This document shows, one piece after another, positions 32,070-37,632 of a DNA stretch of 37,632 nt (positions are counted from its first letter, which is position 1; each line of letters opens with the position of its first letter). Source of the stretch: an uncultured Planctomycetaceae bacterium (lineage in GTDB: Bacteria > Planctomycetota > Phycisphaerae > SM23-33); contig CAYUYH010000002.1 in assembly GCA_964449175.1 (NCBI GenBank), positions 1-37,632 on the forward strand. The letters are read 5' to 3'. The translations under genes and the position numbers were made by a program. The notes beneath the pieces were generated by a model. It was not told the origin of the DNA. It made no database searches and saw only the letters and a program-made list of their open reading frames with translations.

Positions 32070-32929
32070 CCGCTTCTCGCGTCAACATCATCGTTGCAGC
32101 CCTGGCCTGCCTTTGGGCGGCAGGCGCGGCGCTGGGCCAGGAGGCCGCCACCGATACACCCCCTGACGTGGCGCCCCCCGCCGGCGAGGCAGCCCCCGCC
32201 AGCGAGGCGCCCACGATCGTCGCGGCGGCGATGCCCGAGGTCGGCGAGCTGATCACCGCCGTCGACAAGGCCTCCGCCGGCGCCGGCGCGACTGCCGGCG
32301 ACTGGTCCACGCCGGTCAAGCTCGCGGTGGTCTTCGCGGGGCTGGCCATCATCCCCAGCGTGCTGGTGCTGATGACCTCGTTCACACGCATCGTCATCGT
32401 GCTGGCATTCCTCCGCAGGGCGCTGACCACGCAGAACATCCCGCCCACCGTCGCCATCATCGGGTTGGCGCTGTTCCTCACCATCTTCACGATGTCGCCG
32501 ACCTTCTCGCTGATAAACGCCCAGGCACTCCAGCCGTACCTCGCCGACCAGATGTCGCTGGCCGGCGCCTTCGCCAAGACCAACGAGCTGCTCAAGGACT
32601 TCATGCTCCGGCAGACCCGCAAGAGCGACCTGGCCCTGTTCGTAAAGCTCGCCAACGTGCCCGCGCCCCAGGACGCCTCCGGGGTGCCCATGTACGTGGC
32701 CGTGCCGTCGTTCGCGATCAGCGAGTTTCGCACGGCCTTCGAGATGGGCTGCCTGCTGTTCGTGCCGTTCCTGGTCATCGACCTGGTGATAGCCAGCATC
32801 CTGCTCAGTGCCGGGATGATGATGCTTCCGCCGGCGATGATATCCCTGCCATTCAAAATCATCCTGTTCGTGCTGGTTGACGGATGGGCGCTGCTCGCCA
32901 AGACGCTCGTGGGCAGCTTCAACTACTAA
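32066..32929 (+). CDS. fliP: Flagellar export gate protein FliP
   Basis: Signal-like N-terminus. Then VLVLMTSFTRIVIVLAFLRRALTTQNIPP, FLTIFTMSPT and FAISEFRTAFEMG. Confidence 0.93.
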   Translation: MTASRVNIIVAALACLWAAGAALGQEAATDTPPDVAPPAGEAAPASEAPTIVAAAMPEVGELITAVDKASAGAGATAGDWSTPVKLAVVFAGLAIIPSVLVLMTSFTRIVIVLAFLRRALTTQNIPPTVAIIGLALFLTIFTMSPTFSLINAQALQPYLADQMSLAGAFAKTNELLKDFMLRQTRKSDLALFVKLANVPAPQDASGVPMYVAVPSFAISEFRTAFEMGCLLFVPFLVIDLVIASILLSAGMMMLPPAMISLPFKIILFVLVDGWALLAKTLVGSFNY

Positions 32930-32941
32930 GGACGCGCGCGC

Positions 32942-33211
32942 ATGAACGGAGACCTCGTGCTCTACATAGGCCGGCGGATGCTAGAGGTGTCGCTGCTGGT
33001 CGCAGCGCCCGTGCTGCTGGCCACGCTGCTGCTCGGCCTGCTGGTGGCCATGATGCAGGCGGTCACGTCCATCCGCGACATGACGCTCGGGCTCGTGCTC
33101 AAGATCGCCTGCGTCGGCGTCGTCCTGCTGATCACCGGAAGCTGGATGCTCCAGACCACTATGGACTTCACCGCGGAAATCTTCAACCACATGCAGACGC
33201 TGGGACACTGA
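32942..33211 (+). CDS. fliQ: Flagellar export gate protein FliQ
   Basis: 89 aa, two TM helices. Motif LLVAAPVLLATLLLGLLVAMMQAVTSIRDMTL. Confidence 0.92.
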   Translation: MNGDLVLYIGRRMLEVSLLVAAPVLLATLLLGLLVAMMQAVTSIRDMTLGLVLKIACVGVVLLITGSWMLQTTMDFTAEIFNHMQTLGH

Positions 33212-33966
33212 TGAGCGACCCGTGGATTGCACTGCTGCTGCCGATGTTCCTGCTGCTGGGGCGGGTGTCGGCGTTCGTCATGGCGCTGCCCATCCTGGGG
33301 CATCGCGCCGTGCCGATGGCGATCCGCGTGGGCGTGGCGCTGCTGCTGACGGTGTTCCTGGCCATGATCCTGCCGATTCCGCACATCGCAGGCGGCGGCA
33401 ACTGGATGCTGGCCGTCGTGCTGATGATCCGCGAGGTGCTCACCGGCCTGGCGCTGGGCGGCGCCATCAACCTGGTTTTCATGGCGGTTCACCAGGCCGG
33501 GTCGATCGCCGAGAGGGAAATGGGCTTCGCCCTGGCCAGCATCATCGACCCCGTCACCGGGGAGGAAGCTCAGCCCATGAGCACCACGTTCAACGTGGTG
33601 TTCAGCATCCTGTTCCTGGTGGCCGGCGGGCACCAGTTGATGATCGCCGCGATTGCCCGCAGCTACAACGTCTTCCCCATCGCCTCGCTGCCGAGCGCCG
33701 CGGCGATGGCGATGGCTATCGTCAAGGCCGGGTCGCTGATGCTGCTGTTCGGCCTGAAGCTGGCCGCGCCCGTCCTGGCGGCGCTGCTCGTGCTCAGCGT
33801 GGTGCTGGCCGTGCTCGCGCGCGTCGTGCCAGAGATGAACATACTGCTGGCGTCGCTGCCGCTGCGCATCGCGCTCGGCGTGCTGATGGCCGCGGCGATA
33901 CTGCCCAGCTTCGACGTGTTTGTCAGCGAGTTCGCCGACTGGATGAACCGCTTCCTGATCGCCTGA
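33211..33966 (+). CDS. fliR: Flagellar export gate protein FliR
   Basis: In-frame ATG at 33211 (TGATG overlap with the fliQ stop). 251-aa polytopic membrane protein starting LLPMFLLLGRVSAFVMALPILG. Position between fliQ and flhB. Confidence 0.88.
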   Translation: MSDPWIALLLPMFLLLGRVSAFVMALPILGHRAVPMAIRVGVALLLTVFLAMILPIPHIAGGGNWMLAVVLMIREVLTGLALGGAINLVFMAVHQAGSIAEREMGFALASIIDPVTGEEAQPMSTTFNVVFSILFLVAGGHQLMIAAIARSYNVFPIASLPSAAAMAMAIVKAGSLMLLFGLKLAAPVLAALLVLSVVLAVLARVVPEMNILLASLPLRIALGVLMAAAILPSFDVFVSEFADWMNRFLIA

Positions 33967-33999
33967 GTCCAGCGCGCCTCCGCGGGCGCCGAGAGAACA

Positions 34000-35088
34000 A
34001 TGCCAGAGGAATCGGCAGCGGAAAGAACCGAAGAGCCGACGCCGGAGCGCATCCGCCGGGCGCGCGAGAAGGGTCAGATCCCCGTCAGCGCCGAGGTGCC
34101 GTCGGCCGTGATGATCGTCGCGCTGCTGCTGGCGCTGGCGATGCTGGCGGGAAGCATGTATCGCTGGTTCACCTACCAGATAGGCCAGGGGTTTTCGTTC
34201 GACGTCTCGCGGACCGCCGACGCGTCGATGCTGCAGAGCTTCCTGCACGCCAAGGCCGGCGAGGCGCTGATGATCATCCTGCCGATCCTGCTGCTGGGCG
34301 CGGCGGTGTCGGTGTTCACAAGCATGTTGGTGGGGGGATGGGTCGTGGCTCCGTCGGCTGTGGGGATCAAGTTCGACCGGATCTCGCCGATCTCGGGCCT
34401 GAAGAGCCTGGTGTCGCTGAAGTCGCTGGTGAGACTCGCGACGGCTACTCTGAAGCTGACGGTGATCCTGGCGATCGTGTGCTTCTACCTGAGGGACAAG
34501 GCCGACGTGTGCCTGTCGCTGCGGCACACGACGCCGCACGCGACGTTGGTCGGGGCGTCGAGGCTCGTCTTCGGCGCCGTGGCCAGGATCGCCGCGGCGC
34601 TTGTCGCCATCGCCGCCGCCGATTGGCTCTACCAGCGGTGGCAGTACAAGCGCAACCTGCGAATGACCCGCCAGGAGATCAAGGAGGAGCGCCGCCAGCA
34701 CGAGCTCGCCCCCGAGGTGCGCGGCAAGATGCGGGCCGTGCACATCGAGATGGCCCGCAAGCGGATGCTCCAGGAAGTGCCCACAGCCGACGTCGTGGTG
34801 ACCAACCCCACTCACGTGGCCGTGGCGCTGAGGTACGAGGCGGAGTCCATGGACTCCCCGCAGGTGGTCGCCAAGGGCGCCGACCTGCTGGCGGAGAAGA
34901 TCAAGGACATCGCCCGCACGCACACCGTGCCGATCGTCCGCCGCCCCGAGCTGGCCAGGACGCTCTACGCCAACGTGGAGGTGGGGCGGGCGATACCCGA
35001 GGCGCTGTTCGTGGCCGTGGCCGAGGTGCTGGCGATGATCTACCGCCTGCGACGCGACAGGCGAATTGCGTTGGGAGCGCCTGAATAG
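34000..35088 (+). CDS. flhB: Flagellar export switch protein FlhB
   Basis: Motifs ERTEEPTPERIRRAREKGQIPVS, four TM helices, MTRQEIKEERRQHE, and the NPTH autocleavage motif in VVVTNPTHVAVAL. Confidence 0.94.
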   Translation: MPEESAAERTEEPTPERIRRAREKGQIPVSAEVPSAVMIVALLLALAMLAGSMYRWFTYQIGQGFSFDVSRTADASMLQSFLHAKAGEALMIILPILLLGAAVSVFTSMLVGGWVVAPSAVGIKFDRISPISGLKSLVSLKSLVRLATATLKLTVILAIVCFYLRDKADVCLSLRHTTPHATLVGASRLVFGAVARIAAALVAIAAADWLYQRWQYKRNLRMTRQEIKEERRQHELAPEVRGKMRAVHIEMARKRMLQEVPTADVVVTNPTHVAVALRYEAESMDSPQVVAKGADLLAEKIKDIARTHTVPIVRRPELARTLYANVEVGRAIPEALFVAVAEVLAMIYRLRRDRRIALGAPE

Positions 35089-37220
35089 TGGCCGGAAAGA
35101 ACGAGAAGCCGACGACCGCCTCGCTGCTGGACGGCCCGCCCGACGGGCTGGGACGGCTGCTCGCGCACAACGACGTGATCTTCGCGGTCGGCTTGGCGAT
35201 CGTGCTGGCCACGCTGCTGATACCGCTTCCGACGTTCCTGCTGGACACGCTGCTGTCCTGCTCGATCGCCGCGGCCATCGCCACGCTGGTCGTTGTCCTG
35301 GCGACCAAGGAGTCGATAGAGCTCTCCACATTCCCATCGCTGCTGCTGGTGGTCACGCTGTTCCGCCTGTCGCTGAACGTCGCCTCCACGCGGCTGATCC
35401 TGCTGAACGGCAACGCCGGCGAGATCATCAAGACATTCGGCCAGTTTGTCGTCGGCGGCAACCTGGTGATCGGGTTGGTGGTGTTCCTGATACTGGTGAT
35501 CATCCAGTTCATCGTGATCACGAAGGGCGCCGAGCGGATCAGCGAGGTGGCCGCCCGATTCCACCTCGACGCGATGCCCGGCAAGCAGATGAGCATCGAC
35601 GCCGACCTGAACGCCGGGCTGATAGGCGAGGACGAGGCCCGCGAGCGCCGCCAGAACATCGTCCGGGAGAGCGAGTTCTACGGGGCGATGGACGGCGCCA
35701 GCAAGTTCATCCGCGGCGACGCGTTGGCGGGGGTCATCATCACCGCGGTCAACCTCATCGGCGGGTTCGTCGTCGGCACGCTGCGGGGCATGACCGCCGG
35801 CCAGGCGGCGCAGACCTACTCGATACTGGCTATCGGCGACGGCCTGGTCACGCAGATACCAGCCGTCATCGTGGCCACGGCGTCGGGCTTCCTCATCTCA
35901 AAGACGTCCACCAAGAGCAACATCAGCCAGGACCTGGTCCGTCAGATGCTGGCCCGCAGCAGGCCGCTGACCATCGCGGCGTTCCTGCTGGCGGCGATGG
36001 TGCTCGTGCCGGGCTTCCCCAAGACGCCTTTCGTGGTTCTGTCGCTGGGGCTGGGGCTTCTGGCGAGAAGGCTCGGCCGGATTGAGCGTCAGGCCGCCAA
36101 GCAGGCGGCCGGGCCGAAGGTGGACGCCGACGCCGACGCGCAGCCGGTCGAAGAGCTGCTGGACGTGGACAGCGTCTGCGTGCAGGTTGGCCCGCGGCTG
36201 ATCAAGATCATCGACCCGCGGCGCAAGAGCAGCCTGTCCCACCGCGTCACGCCGCTGCGGCGCAAGTTCGCCCAGCAGTACGGCATCATCCTGCCGCTGG
36301 TGCGCCTGCGCGACAACGTGTCGCTGGAGCCGAACAGATACGAGATCCGAATCCACAACCACGTCGTGGGCAGCGGCACGCTGGAGGCCGACAAGCTCCT
36401 GGCCATGGACGGCGGCAGCGTGTCCGCCCCGATCGACGGCCAGGAGACGACCGAGCCGGTGTTCGACCTGCCCGCACTATGGATCGGCCAGGACCGCAAG
36501 GAGGCCGCCGAGCTGGCCGGTTACACCGTCGTGGACTGCGAGGCCGTGCTTGTGACGCACCTCAGCGAGATGCTCCGCCGACACGCCGGCGAGCTGCTCA
36601 GCCGCGACGACGTGCAGAAACTGGTCGACCGCCTGCGAAGCAAGCAGCCCGCGCTGGTCAACGGCGTGATGGACCAGGCCGTTTCGATAGGCCTGCTGCA
36701 TCGCGTGCTCCAGAACCTGCTGGCCGACGGCATAGCCGTGCGCGAGCTGGCCAAGATCGTCGAGACGCTCGGCGACCACGCGCCGGCGACCAAGGACCCG
36801 GCCATGCTGACCGAGCTGGCGCGCAAGGCGCTGGTCCGCACCATCACCGAACAACACAGCGACAACGGACAGATCACCGCCATCACGCTCGAGCCGTCGC
36901 TGGAGTACGAGCTGCGCAACAGCGCCGTCAAGGACGGCCAGGATATGTCGCTGTCCTTGTCGTCGTCGAGGGCGATGGAGCTGTGCCGACAGATCACCGA
37001 GGCGTGGCGTTCGGCGATGGAACAGGGCTACGAGAAGGCCGTCCTGCTGTGCGACTGCCGCGTCAGGCCGCACCTGGCGGCTATGCTCAGGCGCCAAGTG
37101 CCGCAACTGCCGCTGCTGGCGTACGACGAGATTGCCGTCGGCACGCGGATTCACTCCATCGGCGCCGTCACGCTGGCCGAGGCCGAACCGATCGCCCAGC
37201 CCGCGGCGGCAGCGACATGA
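35088..37220 (+). CDS. flhA: Flagellar export gate protein FlhA
   Basis: GTG start overlapping the flhB stop by 1 nt. Motifs FPSLLLVVTLFRLSLNVASTRLIL, FIVITKGAERISEVAARFHLDAMPGKQMSIDADL and GAMDGASKFIRGDA. Confidence 0.95.
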   Translation: MAGKNEKPTTASLLDGPPDGLGRLLAHNDVIFAVGLAIVLATLLIPLPTFLLDTLLSCSIAAAIATLVVVLATKESIELSTFPSLLLVVTLFRLSLNVASTRLILLNGNAGEIIKTFGQFVVGGNLVIGLVVFLILVIIQFIVITKGAERISEVAARFHLDAMPGKQMSIDADLNAGLIGEDEARERRQNIVRESEFYGAMDGASKFIRGDALAGVIITAVNLIGGFVVGTLRGMTAGQAAQTYSILAIGDGLVTQIPAVIVATASGFLISKTSTKSNISQDLVRQMLARSRPLTIAAFLLAAMVLVPGFPKTPFVVLSLGLGLLARRLGRIERQAAKQAAGPKVDADADAQPVEELLDVDSVCVQVGPRLIKIIDPRRKSSLSHRVTPLRRKFAQQYGIILPLVRLRDNVSLEPNRYEIRIHNHVVGSGTLEADKLLAMDGGSVSAPIDGQETTEPVFDLPALWIGQDRKEAAELAGYTVVDCEAVLVTHLSEMLRRHAGELLSRDDVQKLVDRLRSKQPALVNGVMDQAVSIGLLHRVLQNLLADGIAVRELAKIVETLGDHAPATKDPAMLTELARKALVRTITEQHSDNGQITAITLEPSLEYELRNSAVKDGQDMSLSLSSSRAMELCRQITEAWRSAMEQGYEKAVLLCDCRVRPHLAAMLRRQVPQLPLLAYDEIAVGTRIHSIGAVTLAEAEPIAQPAAAAT

Positions 37221-37249
37221 GCGAACCGACCGTGCATTGAGGTATCGCC

Positions 37250-37474
37250 GTGAGACGGTTTGCGACAACGACAGCCGTGATTGGCTTCTTCGGCCTGGCG
37301 CTCGTGGGTTGGGCCAGCGGCGTGCCGCCGTTCACTTGCGCCGCCCGCGCCGCAGCCGGAGGAGCGGTGCTGTATGTCGCGTCGAGCTTTGCCTGCCGGG
37401 TGGCGGTGAAGATAGCCGCCGATGTGATCATGAACGAGTCCGCGCGAAGACAAGATAAAGGGGCCAATTCGTGA
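37250..37474 (+). CDS. Hypothetical 74-aa protein with two hydrophobic segments (weak call)
   Basis: GTG start 30 nt after flhA. Hydrophobic stretches AVIGFFGLALVGWA and GGAVLYVASSFACRVAV. No family motif. A competing antisense open frame exists. Confidence 0.3.
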   Translation: MRRFATTTAVIGFFGLALVGWASGVPPFTCAARAAAGGAVLYVASSFACRVAVKIAADVIMNESARRQDKGANS

Positions 37475-37632
37475 GCGGCGCCCACGTCGACAGGTCGCTG
37501 GAGCAGCAGACGTGCCCCGAAATCGTCAAGGCCAGGGCGTCTCGCGCCTAAGCCCGCCAGTGCCACGAGCAGGATGAAGAGAAGCTCATCATCCAGTAAC
37601 TGCCCCTTGTGCGCCACGTCGTCGCCAAGATA

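Noticed and set aside
32962-35337. 791-aa minus-strand ORF antisense to fliQ-fliR-flhB-flhA.
   Set aside because: It is a shadow frame spanning four well-supported plus-strand genes. Its translation is His/Arg/Gln/Asp-rich and low in complexity.
37168-37617. 149-aa minus-strand ORF whose frame stays open to the right window edge.
   Set aside because: It overlaps the flhA 3' end and the 74-aa ORF and has no recognisable motifs. It could be the C-terminus of a gene entering from the right, but the part visible here gives no support.
1-37632. Scan of the whole window for rRNA, tRNA, CRISPR arrays, transposases, integrases or long direct/tandem repeats.
   Set aside because: I saw no tRNA-like T-arm or acceptor patterns in the intergenic gaps, no regularly spaced repeat arrays, and no recombinase motifs in any ORF. 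The scan was by eye only, so small ncRNAs could have been missed.

Overview
High-GC bacterial chromosomal window. The mosaic secreted proteins and sigma-54-driven flagellar genes suggest a Planctomycetota/PVC-like lineage, but that is inference only. All family calls come from reading motifs in the ORF track and the DNA; no searches were run.

Layout:
(i) 57-1052(-): a visibly lower-GC two-gene module, a Panacea/DUF4065 antitoxin-like gene abutting an unclassifiable 149-aa partner.
(ii) 1418-4312: a 964-aa secreted mosaic protein (FGE-sulfatase + PA14-like + BNR propeller + MORN/YwqK repeats).
(iii) 4409-7548: a DUF1854 protein convergent with an ABC exporter that carries an N-terminal PH-like domain and zinc ribbon.
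(iv) 7681-8865: a class-V aminotransferase / cysteine desulfurase-like gene.
(v) 9030-12698: flavodiiron protein, 2x[4Fe-4S] protein and hybrid cluster protein, a NO/oxidative-stress module.
(vi) 13033-13455: a small coiled-coil + winged-helix-like protein.
(vii) 13970-37220: a flagellar core. It starts with a FleQ/FlrA-like sigma-54 activator with a degenerate receiver, then a terminator and a near-consensus sigma-54 promoter. Two uncharacterised TPR proteins follow (906-aa membrane-anchored, 254-aa secreted), translationally coupled to a FleR/FlbD-like response-regulator activator. Then come flgBC-fliEFGHIJ, a FlbB/MotE-like gene, motA, two tandem motB paralogs and fliLMN. A terminator-like hairpin and a second sigma-54 promoter precede fliOPQR-flhBA.

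Most worth a second look:
- the TPR pair sitting where a sensor kinase would be expected at the head of the flagellar operon;
- the one-MotA/two-MotB stator locus;
- the internal sigma-54 promoter that predicts a leaderless fliO;
- the Panacea-type candidate toxin-antitoxin pair;
- the DUF1854/ABC pair.

I recognised no rRNA, tRNA, CRISPR array, transposase or integrase. Many long ORFs in the track are high-GC shadow frames and were rejected.
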